From: Lama glama
Taxonomy: Eukaryota
NCBI GenBank assembly: GCA_028534125.1
Contig: CM052816.1
Span: 98,954,001 to 99,018,000, forward strand
Reading direction: 5' to 3'
Length of the DNA: 64,000 bases
Each line of letters opens with the position of its first letter. Position 1 is the first letter of the stretch. This document shows positions 1 to 13,750 of the stretch, in pieces. Both the position numbers and the translations under genes were made by a program. The notes beneath the pieces are model-generated. The model had not been told where the DNA came from. It did no database searches and saw only the letters and a program-made list of their open reading frames with translations.

Positions 1-739
1 GGCCCTGGAGCATCCAGGGTGAAGGGAGGGAGAGCCTTTCTCTACGGCCTCCCTGGCCACATCAGAGGGCTCACCGCAGTCCTGGGTGCCTCCTTCAGAG
101 GGTGGGAAACAAAGCACAGTCTGAGAATCAGGGCCAGGATGCGCAGCCGGAGAGAGCCCGGCAGAGGGGAGGTGGGAGCAGTGACGACCGTCAGCTGTCC
201 AGAGACGCTAAGAACGCGGTGCTCCTCTCGAATATGTTGAAGGTCCAAGTTCAGAGTCAGCTCTGTGCTGTCTTTGGACGGCCCAGTGGGCCCACTGCAT
301 TCAAATCCTGTGACAGGAACTGCAGCCCCAGACTGACAGGAGGCAGGGCGTCCAGACACGGGGAGGTCGCAGTGGTGAGAAGTCTCACTGGAGGCTGCAG
401 GGCTCAGCTGTCCGACCCCCGCAGGGGTGCAGTGGGGGGACGTCCCTGAGAGGTCTGGAAAGGGATCCGGGTCAACACATCCAAACGCCATCAGATGAGG
501 ATCTGTCTCGTGGGCTTCCTCACTCCCTTAATTCCCTTGGCACTGAAGTGCACACCTCATGCCCCTCCCCGGCCTACGCCGGGCCCTCCCTCTCATACCT
601 TCCTAGTTTCTGCACAAAGTCCTGCCACCATCCAGAAAAGCGCAAGTCGCAGCTGTTTCCAGAGTGCCCTGCATCCTTGCTCTAGACCAGTCTCTTGAGT
701 CTGTCTCGAAGTAACTGCAAACACATGCACCCCTTTCCT

Positions 740-1150
740 CTCCTGGCCCCAGGGTCTAATCACAGCACTCCGCAAACACTCTCACGGTCCTAGCTGATTC
801 CCCACACCCTGCCCTCTGATCCAGGCTCTACACAGCAGCAAACGAATCTTCTCTAACGTAAAGGGGATCCTGCCACCCCAGATTAAGCCACTTCCCTCAC
901 TTCCCGTTCGCTTTAGAATGAACCCAAGCATCTTCCTTGCCCCTAGGGCTCTGGTTGCGCTCAGACCCATCTCTGTAGCCCCATCTGGGTGGGCCACCCT
1001 CTACCCAGTGCTTATCCCCAGACGCACTGGCTTCTCTCGGGTCCTTGGATGTGCCACGGTCTTCCCTCTGCAGACTGTGCACCTGATGCTGACTCTGGAG
1101 GAATGTGCGTCCCTCCCCTGAGCTAGGCTGGTTCCTTCTCGACAGTCATC
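740..1150 (+). mobile_element. Degraded LINE-2 fragment
   Basis: Pyrimidine-rich L2-like phrases (ccaggctctacacagcagcaaacgaatcttctctaacgtaaa; cttcccgttcgctttagaatgaacccaag). Recognised by eye; boundaries approximate. Confidence 0.5.
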
Positions 1151-1789
1151 TCTGCTCTCAGGTCCCCAGACTGAGCACAGACTACCCCCCCCCACTCCTT
1201 ACAAGGCAGCCCTCCCACCAGCCTCCTGCCTCCCGGCCGCCCAGTCTTCCTTTCTGCTCACGTATCACACTTCACGGCTACTTTGACTATTGGTTTCCTT
1301 TTCTGGGCTTGTTTTGGTCCATGTGAGCAGGAATCAACTCTGTGGGGCTCCTGGGCCAACTTTTCACATAGGCCAGGCCACCCCTGGCCACCACCCACCA
1401 AGTCACCCTTCTGACTCTGGTCGTTTTTTGTTGGTTGTTGTTTGTTCGTTTGTGTGACGTTTGATTTTACTGGACTCAGTTTTAGTGACTTCACGCCTCC
1501 TGCGGATGCCCCAGCAGACCGTCAGCTCTGTTAGGGCGAGAGTTCCACGTTTTCAGTGTCTGTTCCAGTCCTGGGCACACCTGAGGTGCTTACTAAGAGC
1601 TTGCTGACTGTGTGTGCTGGGAACAGGGGCATCACTGGACCCCCTCTAAGGCTTAGCAGCATGACTCTTGTGTGACTGGCACCCAGACAAATGTACATTT
1701 TTAGCAAATGTGGAAGTCGCCAGCAGAATGTCTTCACGAGGACCAGGTGTCTCTGGACCTCCGTGTGGCTAGTGGGAGACACTGAAGCC

Positions 1790-1960
1790 TGGGAGTTGGA
1801 AAACCCTGCAGTTACACCCTAACCCCGTTTTTCACTCTGTGGGATGTTGGAAAAGCTACATGACATTGTTACAGTCCTGTGTCTCACCTTCAAAATGGGA
1901 CAGGACGTAATGGTGTCACGCGATTGCTGAGATGCTCAGGGAAAACAGGACACATGGGTC
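1790..1960 (+). mobile_element. MIR SINE fragment
   Basis: MIR core-like sequence ctgtgtctcaccttcaaaatgggacaggacgtaatggtgtcacgcgattgctgagatgctcag. Confidence 0.5.
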
Positions 1961-3952
1961 TCCTGATGCTCTAGGCGAGAGAACAAATCTCCCTCTGAAC
2001 TGCATGCAGCTGCCCACTTGGAAGCCAGCTCGGCCTGAAGACCTCACCCAGGACACACTGGTGTCAATGCTTCTCTTTGTCAGGGGAAGAAAAAGGAGCC
2101 GGAGTTGGAAAGATGTATCTAAGGAGATCTCCTGGGGTCTGACAAAAACTCTACATTCAACCAAAAGACACTGACATCCAATTCATGGCTTCTTTGAAAA
2201 ACCCTGTGAGGACATTTTTTGGCAGCCCAGGGATGTCTAAGAATTTAGTTCCAGTCTGCTAGCAGAGACAGTCTCCCCGCCTTGCCAGCCCCACGTGGTG
2301 TGAACGCGCCATGAATCACTCCTGGACTTTCTCTTGGCCTCTGCCACTTCGCGCTCATTCGGGACGCGGACTTCCATCCGAGATACTTCCCTAAACCTTT
2401 TCAAAATCCCATAAAACGTTGACACGGCATTTATGGGAACCAGCATGCCAAATGACACGCAGTAAAGGAGCAGGAGCTGCTCGTCTTAAACCTTCAGACT
2501 TCTGGATGACAGGCTTCTGTTGAATTTTGAAAGATTGAATAAGGGCTTAGGATGGGATTAGCGTAGAGATACAAATACTGAGCAGAGACATAAATGCTAA
2601 ACAGAGGAGAAAGGAAACCTACATTTTCCAGGAAAAACAAAATGCATGGAGAAACCATTCACTTCCACTGTAAAGGTTAGACATCCTCGCATTTAAACCA
2701 CGTCCTCAGTTATTGCGGAGACTGAGCACAGAAGCCAATGATTTGCACAAACTGCGGGGTTTTGTTTCAGTGAATGTTCCGAGGTTATTGGAAGGAGCAA
2801 ACACCGGTCTGTTTCCTGCTTCACAATTATGTGGATTACAGCAGGTTGCAGCTTAAAAGTGTTACCAGTGCAAAAGCTCCCAAGCGAATTCAAATGCTCA
2901 CTTTTCCCAGTGCCTGAGATTTCATTGCTAAACTTAATCCAATATATCTTTTGCTTTGTTTGATATTGTGATTTACAATTTTAAATTTTATTTCTGAATT
3001 GGTTGTAATTGATGTATAAAAGACAGATTTAAAAAAACTTATTTAGGTGCAGATTCCCCTCACTGAATATCTTCGTTGATTCTAACAGTTTTCAGTTGGT
3101 CCCCTTGTTTCCCCCGAGCACACTGTTGTGTTATCAGCAGGTGCGATTTCTAAGTGACTTTAGTCTCTATGCTTCTCAGCATTGCTGCTTCTCGCATCAT
3201 TTTTCTAGTTATTTTTGCCATATATAGTGTGATGCTTTGTTTTTTAGCTCATATTTTCACAAGTGTGATAAATAAATAACAGAAGAGATGCAGCAACTTG
3301 CACAATCCTTGAAAAAGTCCTACACTGTAGTTAATCCTGAAGGAAGCACTGTGGAAGGCAAGGCTAGAAAAGCTACATGGTGCAGTAAGAACCGTGTGAG
3401 CAAACAAAATCCTTCACCTCCAAATTTTGCTCTATTTGTGCGGAGTGCACGGTTGTGAGAGTGGAGTAGGGTGGAGGGAATTAAAGCAAGTAATTGGAAA
3501 TTTCCAGGAAAAGAGAAATTACAGCGTTTTAAACTATGTTTAACATTCTGGATGTAAGCTCACATGTATATGTATGTATGTATATATGTGTATACAAGCA
3601 TATGTGTGTTATATATACATACCCACAAACACCTCATATATTGTGACCTGCAAGAATTAGGCTTTTTGAAACAAGGAAGAGTGTTTTTTAAAAAAAATCA
3701 TTTATTTTTTGCTATTGTTAACTAAGTCAATGCAACTTGAAGTCCACCAAAACAAAATGTGTTTTGTTTTTGTCACTTCTTTTAGACAAGTCGAACCCAT
3801 AGGTTTGGACAGTGCTCCCAGTGCAGTGAGAGGGGGCTGTATGGGCTGTTGGCACCGAGGACATGGGCCACCTCGGTGGGCCCTGGAAGTGCCAACAGAG
3901 TGCATGGGGCGTTTTCCCTGGAGCAAGCACGCAGGGGTCCCTGGTTAAATGG

Positions 3953-4448
3953 TAGTTTCTTATCTCTGCTGTGATAAATTGTCATGAACTTAGTGGCTTA
4001 AAAGGACCTGAAATTTATTCTCTGATCATTCTGGAGGCCATTCTGAAATCAGTTTCACTGGACCAAAATCAAGGTGTCGGCAGTGCCACACCCACTGAGG
4101 CTCTGGCGGAGAATTTGTTCTTTGCCTCTTTCAGCTTCTGGTGTCTGTGCATGTCCAGACTTGTGATCACGTCAGTCCAGGCTCTGCCTCCTTGGCCACA
4201 TTGCTCCCTGCTCTTCTCTGTGTGTGGAACATCCCTCCAGGAAGGTACATGGGATTGCATTTAGGGTCCACCCAGGTAATCTGGGACAATCTTCCCATTA
4301 CAAGATCCTTAATCACATCTGCAAAGACTTATTTACTTATTTTTGCAATGATTCCAGGAACTAGGAGATAGGTGTATTTGTGTGTGTGTGTGTGTGGGTG
4401 GGTGGGTGTGTGTGTGTGTGTATGGAGGACATTTTAAAGCCTACCACA
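3953..4448 (-). mobile_element. MaLR solo LTR (MLT1-type) with an internal (TG)n microsatellite
   Basis: Reverse-strand MLT1 hallmarks (aacttagtggcttaaaa...tttattctctgatcattctggaggcc; gatccttaatcacatctgcaaagact), ending in ...agcctaccaca. TG repeat at ~4379-4421. Confidence 0.75.
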
Positions 4449-4467
4449 ATTTAGTAATTCTCCTTTT

Positions 4468-5307
4468 AGAAAATCAAAACTACGATGAGGTATCACCTCA
4501 CAGCAGTCAGAATGGCCATCATTCAAAAATCCACAAATGACAAATGCTGGAGAGGCTGTGGAGAAAAGGGAACCCTCCTGCACTGCTGGTGGGAGTGCAG
4601 TTTGGTGCAGCCACTGTGGAAAACAGTATGGAGATTCCTCAAAAGACTAGGAATACACTTACCATATGACCCAGGAATCCCACTCCTGGGCATATATCCA
4701 GAAGGACCCTACTTCAAAAAGACACCTGCACCCCAATGTTCATAGCAACACTATTTACAATAGCCAAGACATAGAAACAGCCTAAATGTCCATCAACAGA
4801 TGACTGGATAAAGAAGAAGTGGTATATTTATACAATGGAATACTATTCATCCATAAAAAGCGACAACATAACGCCATTTGCAGCAACATGGATGCTCCTG
4901 GAGAATGTCATTCTAAGTGAAGTAAGCCAGAAAGACAAAGAAAAATACCATATGAGATTGCTCATATGTGGAATCTAAAAAAAAAACAAAAACAAACAAA
5001 CAAACAAAGCATAAATACAAAACAGGAACAGACTCATAGACATAGAATACAACTTGTGGTTCCAAGGGGAAGGGGGGTGGGAAGGGATAGACTGGGATTT
5101 CAAACTGTAGAATAGATAAACAAGATTATACTGTATAGCACAGGGAAATATACACAAGATCTTATGGTAGCTCACAGAGAAAAAAATGTGACAATGAATA
5201 TATGTATGTTCATGTGTAACTGAAAAATTGTGCTCTACACTGGAATTTAACACAACATTGCAAAATGATTATAAATCAATAAAAAATGTTAAAAAAAGAA
5301 AATCAAA
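4468..5307 (+). mobile_element. Young 5'-truncated LINE-1 (ORF2 C-terminus, 3' UTR, A-tail) with an 11-bp target-site duplication
   Basis: ORF 4485-4745 encodes [53 protein letters not shown], the L1 ORF2 Cys-rich C-terminal region. AATAAA and A-tail at ~5278-5297. AGAAAATCAAA is repeated at 4468-4478 and 5297-5307. Confidence 0.95.
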
Positions 5308-6889
5308 CGTTACCAGTACTTCTCTTTTAGAACCTAAGGCACACTTACTAGTCTTAGAGCTATCTTTAAAGCTTGCACCTGAATTTCTGATCTCACCTAA
5401 AAATGGCAGGATCTACATTTCATTGTCTAGAGAGAGCTGCTGGGCATGGGCACACACAGAAGATTATTTTATTTGACAATTGCCATCAATTTTTCTTAGG
5501 CCACAATGGGTCAGAATTATTTTGTAATTCACTATGTATTTTACTATATATAGTTTTTTTCTGCCAAGTGTGAAGACTTTGGGCTAGATAAATAAAAAGA
5601 ACAAGATTCAAAGCTGAGTTGCCCTTATCCAGTAACCAGGGTCCAACCATTTACCCTTTCATGATCCACTTCTTCCTTCCCTGATGGGCATTCACCAACT
5701 CAAGAGGATGCTGCGATGATTGGTGCAGCACCCCATCCAAATGTGCCCGCTTTAAGACAAAAACATAAAAACATCTGGAAGTTAAAACTTCTGGCCACTT
5801 TGGAGAAGACTTTGACTCCATGATGTCAACCACCAAATTCGGGGGCACTGAGAGTAGATTCAGGGGATCGCTCTGCCTTTCCTCTGAACGCTTCAACAGT
5901 AAGAAAACTCAACGTTGTCCTTTAATCATATTTCAGGTAAAACAACAAGACACCACATACATTGGATAAAATAAACATGTGTACCTTTCTCATATAGGCA
6001 TTTCTTTTTAAATTAGTGTTACTGAGAAGTGTTTTAAAGGTATAAGGCCAAGAAAGAGACATTCACGTCTTCTTCGGGAATCATCAGAACAGTGAAATCC
6101 CTTTTGTATCATCTTCCCCGGAAGGGATTCAGGGATTCTGACCTGGGAGAATTAAACATGCACCAGCGAGAATGTGAAATGAAATGTTTGCTCTGTAAAC
6201 TGGGGATGGGGCTTTGAAAGAGTTAATAAATGTCTTCCTGTCTCTGCATTTGGCTTTGATTAAGAGGAAGAGCCAGAAGTCAAAGAGATGGAGAAGAAAG
6301 AGGTGCCTTTGCTATTAAGGCTGTTTGCAAAGAACAGCTGCCTTCTCTGGCAAACATGGGCTTCCTGAACTGAACCCATCCAGTTATTGGTTGAGACGAA
6401 AACTTCAGCCTCCTCCTGCCCTTGAAAACTGATGACAAGGAGGGTCAGAGAGGAGACGCTTACTTCAGACAAATTTCCAATCAAACCAGAGCCAAGGGGC
6501 CAACAAGATGACAGGATGGGCCTTGCTCTTCCCCATTTGTCAGTCACATCATTCACATTTTCTCTATTTGGGAGGGGTGAGTGGGTAGAAAAGGAGGCCA
6601 GGAATACAAATTAATCTAGAAGTAGACCTCCATGTGGAAAGATAGTGAGTTTTTCAATTAAATTTGACATCATTTCCTTATATGTCTGATTTATTCAGAG
6701 AAGCCAACATTTGTGTCATAAAAATAGCAAAATTTCTCCAAGTCCCCAGGCCACTATAGTGAAGCCCCTTCCCTCAAGCTAGGCAGGGGTATCTTTAAGG
6801 AGGAGACACAGCGGTAGTCAAAGCATTTCAGAATTTTAGCCAAAGTATGACTTTGAAGCAGGAGAGGAGTTAGAGCTGTCCCCTGCCTA

Positions 6890-7340
6890 TGTATGATTCA
6901 GAACAGAAATTACTGCTCACCAACATGAACTTCAGTCATTGAAAACAAAATATAATATAACAAGAGAGAATTTAATGCAGGAAAATCATTATGTAGTTGA
7001 GGGAGAAGCTGAGAAGCCAGAGAGAGATTGGTGAGGATCCAAAGATTAGCATCAGTCGGAAGCCACTGCATCCAGGCCAGTGCGTGGTTGGTGGAGGGGA
7101 GGGACACGGAATTGAGCTGAAACTCACCACAGTGGGTCTTCCTGGAGATGCTGGGGTTACCACAAAGTCACTGCCACTGGGAACAGATGGACAGAAGACA
7201 AAGCTGGTTTTTCCCTTTCTTCCACCTTCCCCAGTGCCTGGCTGGGCTGCACCCCACCAGTACCCAATGAGATGAACTGGGAAAGTAAACTTGGAGCCAT
7301 GAGTTCTGCAGCTCAAAGCAGAGCAGAAAAAGAGCAGAAC
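6890..7340. mobile_element. Possible ancient ERVL-class LTR remnant
   Basis: gagaatttaatgcaggaaaatcattatgtagttgagggagaagctgagaagccag resembles LTR33/LTR41-type sequence as I recall it; weak. Confidence 0.3.
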
Positions 7341-7737
7341 TGATCAGAGGGCCAAGATGACCAGGAGTCATAAACAGGAAGAACAATTTTCTATCCCGTT
7401 TTAAACCAGGAAAGCATGTAATGCTTTAGAAAGATTTCCGTAATCACGGTTATTTGCTTAAATGGATCTAAAGTGGGAAGTTTCAATAACTTGGAAAACA
7501 GAGAAAAATATAAAAAGAAAAGCAGTTTGAAGTCATTTAGTAAAAGTGTATAAACCCAGTAAAGCTCCAGAGGTTTTGAAAATGTCACTACATAACAGGA
7601 AAAAGCAGTAAAATATTCTCTCAATTTCTCTGGATGTTAAATAATTAATTTGGATTCTCTATCTCATACCTAGAATGGGAGGAGTACAAGTATAATTTTT
7701 ATAAGCTTCATAGTATTCAAAGAGTGACGCGTATTCT

Positions 7738-7925
7738 TGTTATGTACTAAGTGCGCCTCCCCGCCCCAGGTTCATATGTCGAAACCCCGCAGTGTGATTG
7801 TGTTAGGAGCTGGGTCCTTTGGGAGGTCAGAGGGTGGACCGCTCATGAATGGGACTCGTGTTCCTGTAGGAGGCATGAGAGAGCATGCTTCTCCTCTGCT
7901 CTCTGCCAGGTGAGGGCAAGGTGCA
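7738..7925 (+). mobile_element. MaLR LTR 5' fragment (MLT1A-like)
   Basis: ggttcatatgtcgaaaccccgcagtgtgattgtgttaggagctgggtcctttgggagg...ctcatgaatgggact. Confidence 0.65.
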
Positions 7926-7939
7926 CCCGAAGCAAAGTC

Positions 7940-9220
7940 TTACAGACCTGAAGGAGAAGCAGACATTTTAACAACAGAAGGAGACTTCATAATACATATA
8001 ACGACCAGTCAGAAGTTACCAGAAGACAGAAAGAGCACCGCAGACCACTCAGCCCCACCCAGCCTCTGCAGAACACGCCCTGCAAACACAGCAGGTGGCA
8101 CACTCTTCTCAAGCGCACAGAGAATATTCTCCAGGAGAGACCACATACTAGGCCACAAAACAGACCTCGATACATTTTAAAAAGATTGAAAGTGTACAAA
8201 CTACATTATCTGACTAACATGGGATAAAGTTCAAAATCAGTAACAGTAAATAATTTCATACTTTCACAAATATGTTGAAATTAAGCTACTCATTCCTAGG
8301 TAAGCAATGATCCAAAGAAGAAGTCAGAAGGGAAAACAGAAAATACTTTGAGATGGATGAAAATGAAAGCAACAACATACCAAAATGTATCGGACACGGC
8401 TCCAGCGTTCTTAGAAATGTGCAGTGTCAACGCCGGTGTTAAAACTGATCTCAAATCAATTGATTTACCTTCCACAATAAAGAGGCCAGACAAAGAAGAG
8501 AGGATGTCAATGAAATAGAGAATACACAACAGCAGAGTGGGGAAATAACTCATTCTTTGAAGAGACAAAGAAAATTTATAAACTTTAGCTAAAATGATCA
8601 AGAAAAACTATGAGTGCAATTACCAAAATCAAGAATAAAAAGGAGACATTAAATAAAAGGAACATAAAGGAAGACTCCGAACAATTGTATGCCAACAAAT
8701 TCGTTGACTTAGAGCAAATGGATGAATTCATAGAAAGGTGCAAATTAACAAAACTGATTCAAAAAGAAACAGAAAATTTCAATAGACCTATAGTAGTTAG
8801 AGACTGACTTAGTAACTAAAGTCCCGCAAACAAAATCTCAGAACCAGAAGGCATCGCTGGCAAATCCTATCAAAGATTGAAGAATTAGTACCAGTTCTTC
8901 ACAGACTCTTCCAAAGATAGAAGAGGATGAAATATTTCCCAATTCATTTTGTGAAGCCAGTGTTGTTATGATACTAAAACCAGATAAATATAAGAAAAGG
9001 AAAATCCGGGTCAGTGTGCTTTCCTATGCTTTATAAGTACATATTTTAAAATTCTCGGCAAAATAGTAGCAACACAATCCATCAGCATGTGCTCTGTGCA
9101 CCACGAACAAGTGGGGCTTATCTCAGGAAAATGCCACGTTGGTTTGAAGTCGATAAAATGGGTAATGTAATTCACAGTTATGAATAAAATAAAAGACAAA
9201 AACCTCATCACACGTATTTC
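7940..9220 (+). mobile_element. Old L1M ORF2 fragment (end of endonuclease to start of RT), frameshifted
   Basis: ttctcaagcgcacagagaatattctccaggagagaccacatactaggccacaaaa matches the FSS.H..FSR.DHILGHK motif. ORF 8610-8807 contains EQLYANKFVDLEQMDEFIER, homologous to L1 ORF2. Confidence 0.9.
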
Positions 9221-10242
9221 CTTAGGCTCGAAATATGCCCACATATACCTTGAAAGGATAATTTCAAACTAAATTCACTTTTGTTTTTTTCTAAAGATAA
9301 AGCAAGCTTGCTTATTTAATTTTTTGACTCTATACTAAGTTGTGCTCTAAATCTCTTATACAAAAGTCAATCTAACCTCCTATCTTTTAAATGTAAAAAA
9401 TACCACTTTCTGTGTGTTTTATTTTGTAAACACAACCTGTGTTGAGATGGGAGGACAGAGATCATTTTAAATTATGAAGATTTTAATCACAAACCACAGC
9501 TTCTGGGTCAGCGTTTTCTAACTTGTATATCGTGTGATGACATGTGACGAATTGTGATGACATGGGTGAATGTCACCTTCAGGCTTTCTCACCTCAAGCT
9601 CTTATTCCTCACTTCTCTGCATCTTTGTCCAAAAGCAGAACCTTGGCTTGATACATTTCTCACTTGAAAACTTCATTTGTAGGATTTTCAGCTTGTTTTT
9701 TACATAAGCTTATTGATTTTTCACTCTTATAACCCTGACATTGACACATAAGAATATGTTACTTACCTATTATAGAAAATAATATTGATGAATAGTTTCT
9801 TATTTTTTTAAAGAACAATACTTAAAAGGTAGGCATTTAACCCCAGAGAATTCTGATAGACTCACCCTACTTGAGTACTTGTCAGTGTGCAGTAAGGCCC
9901 TGCACATTACCACCATCTACCTGGGAGAAGTGATGGTCTATTGCAGACGAATGTCATAGAATCAGTCAGAAGCTCTGCTTAGCTTGTTTTAAAATCAGAG
10001 ATGACACCCCCTTTTTATTGACAAGGCCTAATTTTGATTTATTTAAATAAATTATAAGACGAAGTTTGAACATGCCAACGTAGCAGAGACCAAGAAAAGA
10101 ATTATTCTAATGCCCCTTTGTTGTCCAGTCCAACAAGATGAAGCAACACTCAGGTGCTACTTCACCCATGTGAGCCCTCTGCTACCAAAGTTCTTCCTTT
10201 TCCACGTGTCTGAACAGTAACCTCCAGCTCACTTCAATTCAA

Positions 10243-11040
10243 ACACCTGTCAGAATGGCTGTTACCAAAAAGACTACAAACAACAAATGTTGGCAAGGAT
10301 GTGGAGAAAAGGGAACCCTTGTACACTGTTAGTGGGAATGTAAATTGGTGCAGCCACTGTGGAAAACCTCTGGAAGTTCCTCACACAGCTGAAAACAGAA
10401 CTACTATATGACCCAGCAGTTCCATTCCTGGGCATATAGCTGGGGAAAAAAAAACATTAATTCAAAAAGCTACATGCACTCCAATGTACATAGCAGCATT
10501 ATTTACATTTGCCAAGATATAGAAGCAACTTATGTGTCCATCGGCAGATGAATGGATAGAGAAGATGTGGTATATATATGATGGAATACTACTCAGCCAT
10601 AAAAAGAATGAAATGCTGCTATTTGCAGAAACACAGATGGACTTGAGAGGCATTACACTAAGTGAAATAAGTCAGACAGATAAAGACAAATACTGTAGGA
10701 TATCATTTACATGTGGAATCTAAAAAGATACAACAAACTAGTGAATATAACAAAAAAGAAGCAGACTCACAGACACAGAGAAAAACATAGTGGTTACCCA
10801 TGTGGAGAGGGAAGGAAGGGGAGGCAACACGGGGGTAGGTGATTAATAGGTGCAAAGTATTAGATGTGAAGTAAACTATAAAGGTATATTTTACAAGAAG
10901 GGGAATCGAGCTAATATTTTCTAATAACTATGAATGGAATGTAAACTGCAAAAATTGTGAATCACTCTATTGTACACCTGTAACTTATGTAATATTATAT
11001 AGCAAACATATTTTTATTATAAATAAATGAATAAATAAAA
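10243..11040 (+). mobile_element. LINE-1 3' fragment (ORF2 C-terminus, 3' UTR, A-rich tail), older subfamily
   Basis: ORF 10532-10723 CPSADEWIEKMWYIYDGILLSHKKNEMLLFAET is the L1 ORF2 end. Tail ataaataaatgaataaataaaa. Confidence 0.92.
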
Positions 11041-11439
11041 GGCAGGTAAGTGCAAAAGTCTCTACACCCAGTGGGGCCTCTGCTCCAAAGGGCAAGTGTG
11101 TCTGGCCCTGTCCAAGGCTGTCCTGAGACAGAGAGATGGACACAGATGGCATCTAACCGTAGTTGTGTTGTCTCAGTGGAAAGGGCCCAGTGAGAGGCCT
11201 CTCCATTCTGCAGCACAAGTACTGAAGACCAAGAAGGTGCAGTTTTGTACAGAACTCTTCCATAGAAACTTTGCAAGCTTTGCATGTTCTACTTGTGATA
11301 AAGTGAAAATTCTCTTTCCAAGAAACGTGCAATGGGTCCTGATGAGACTCGCTTAAGGAAACTGGGTCACAGTAACAAGTTTTTAATGTCTATCCTTTCC
11401 CCCCAAAAAGGAGGGGGAAATATTCAATGCATTTGGATC

Positions 11440-11680
11440 ACTTTATGTTCCGAGATGTTCAAATACATGGAGTGTCAGTGCTGAGAAGCTACTTGTATGA
11501 GAGCATAGAATTTGGGGGGAAGGACCAGGCTGGGGGGTTCACTGTGGGACTGATCTGGGTACAGATGGTGTTGAAACCATGAGATTTGGAGCGGCTGTGG
11601 ACAGAAGGAAAAGAGACCCAGGGAGTGAGCACCTCGGTCAGAGAGACGCGTAAAGAGCCCACGAGGAAAGGAAGGAGGAG
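11440..11680 (-). mobile_element. LINE-2 fragment
   Basis: Purine-rich antisense L2 phrases (atagaatttggggg...gatggtgttgaaaccatgagatttggag). Confidence 0.45.
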
Positions 11681-12197
11681 GAGGGAGCGAGGCGGAAGGA
11701 ACCCGGCAGGAGTGAGACCTGGAACTGCTCACCAGCCCGTTGTCCCGGCAAGAGCTGCACGTGCCTACACGTCCTGGGCCGCTCACAGAGCTTTGAATCT
11801 TTTCAGTGAACGAACGCTGCTGAGGAAGTGCTTGATGACAGAGGGGCAGGCTGGCTGCTGGAGTACGTCTGTGTGCTGGGTCTGTCTGCCGTTCAAGGAT
11901 CCCGAGCCTTATGCTTTGGACGAGACAGACACTGAACTTCAGAGGGCCGTGCACTCGGACTGCCGGAGGCAAGAGTGGTTGCGACGGTTCCAAGCAGCTC
12001 CCTAGGTCTGCCAGGGAACTCGAGGAAGGCATTTCTTGGATCAGGTCTTCTCCCACAAATCACCACCAGTCCCCGCAGCCACGTACCAGCATTCTTTTGT
12101 GGGAAATCAAAACCTGCTGAGGGCCAAGGCCAATGCTTTGATACATTGTTTATGCAAATGGAGAACATGCAGCTCCATACAATCAGCTACCTGGATA

Positions 12198-12561
12198 CCA
12201 TTTTAGTCCATTCCAGCTGCTACAATGAAATACCATAGACAGGGTGACTGACACACCACAGGAATCTATCCCTGATGGTGCTGGAGGCTGGAAGCCCAAG
12301 ATCAAGACACTGGCAGATCTGGTGTCTGGTGAGAACCTCCTCCCTGGTTCGTGGATGACCATCTTCTCGCTGTGTCCTCCCCTGGTGGAAGGATGGACGG
12401 ATCTCTCTGGGGTCTCTTTTATAAGAGCACTAATCCCGCTCATGAGGGCTCTGCCTCATGACCTAATCACCTCCCAGAGGCCCCACCTCCTAAGATCATC
12501 ACCTTGGGGTTAGGATTTCAATCTATGAATTGGGGGCGACAGAGACATTCAGTCTCTAGCA
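12198..12561 (-). mobile_element. Near full-length MLT1A-type MaLR solo LTR
   Basis: ggaggctggaagcccaagatcaag; ctcttttataagagcactaatccc; ctcatgacctaatcacctcccagaggccccacctcc; ends acattcagtctctagca. Confidence 0.9.
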
Positions 12562-12631
12562 GGTGCTAACTGCTGCCTGTACGTGCATGCATAGCAAAAG
12601 GAAATGTAATTAATTTGACATTTTTGCTCTC

Positions 12632-12813
12632 TGTTGACTTTTTTTTAACATTTTTTATTGATTTATAATCATTTTACAATGTTGTGTCAAATTCCAGTGT
12701 TTAGCACAATTTTTCAGTCATTCATGGACATACACACACTCATTGTCACATTTTTTTCTCTGTGAGTTATCATAATGTTTTGTGTATATTACCCTGTGCT
12801 ATACAGTGTTGAC
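12632..12813 (-). mobile_element. Very short (~170 bp) young L1 3' end with TGTTGAC target-site duplication
   Basis: Reverse complement closely matches the 3' end of the L1 at 4468-5307. T-tract begins at 12639. TGTTGAC occurs at 12632-12638 and 12807-12813. Confidence 0.9.
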
Positions 12814-13589
12814 ATTTTGATAGGCTAAATATGTCAAGAAAAATGTATTAAAATGGCGTTTGCGTTTAAATGTTTGAAGTGACCAGAAGTCTTTCATCAG
12901 GTGCGTACGTGACTAGCAGACAGGGAGAAACATCTCGGGGGGGTGAGATAAGAGCTTCCATATCACTCGAGAGTACGAACAATAGGACTATGAGACAGTG
13001 TGATTTGGGCAGGAGGTCAAAAGGAATGAACTCAGACAGTTAGATTAAATTCCACTCTCTCTGTACAATATGAAGTATATCAATCTGCTGTAGTAAATAA
13101 ACTATTTAATATTCAATTTTTGTGCCACCCAGATAACTGATTTGCTGTTCAATTAATACGCTCTCCACCATCTTGTGATTTCTTAGCAACATCGAGGAGC
13201 ACTAAAACCTTTGAAGTTAAGAAAGTGGTTTACGAGCATTTAATAAATGCTAAATAGTCAGCGCCATGTATGGTGTTTACAAAACACCCACGTTTCTCTT
13301 TTAGAACTGAATATGCCGTTGCGATTTGGTTTGCGTTTGGCAAGTCCTGCTGCCCGCAGGGGAAGAGGTCCTGGAAAAGCCAGGTGGACCCCAGCCCCCT
13401 GCAGTCCCAGAGGCCAGGGGTGCCACTCTGGGTGGGGATTTTGGGAGGCGGTGACAGCATGGCATTGGCTGATGTCTAAATACCCATCAGACTTTAAGAT
13501 TTTATAATTCCAATATTTTTAAAGGTAGTCGAGCAGTAGAATTTCCATGTTTCTGTTAACAAGCTGTTCTGTTGATATAGGGAAGTGAC

Positions 13590-13750
13590 AGCCCCTCCGC
13601 CCAGGGGGTGCTGCTTCAGTGTCCGGGGGCACTTTTTATTGTCACAACTCAGGGAAGGGTGCTTCTGGCAAGCAGCAGGGAGAGACCCCGCTGCACTGGC
13701 AGCCCCTTCCCCAACAAAGAATTATCTGACCCTTAATATTAAACCCCAGG
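13590..13750. mobile_element. MER20-like hAT DNA transposon fragment
   Basis: cactttttattgtcacaactcagggaagggtgcttctggca...cccaacaaagaattatctgacc. Confidence 0.7.

Noticed and set aside
11475..12056. 193-aa minus ORF
   Set aside because: Overlaps an L2 remnant and lacks protein-like features.
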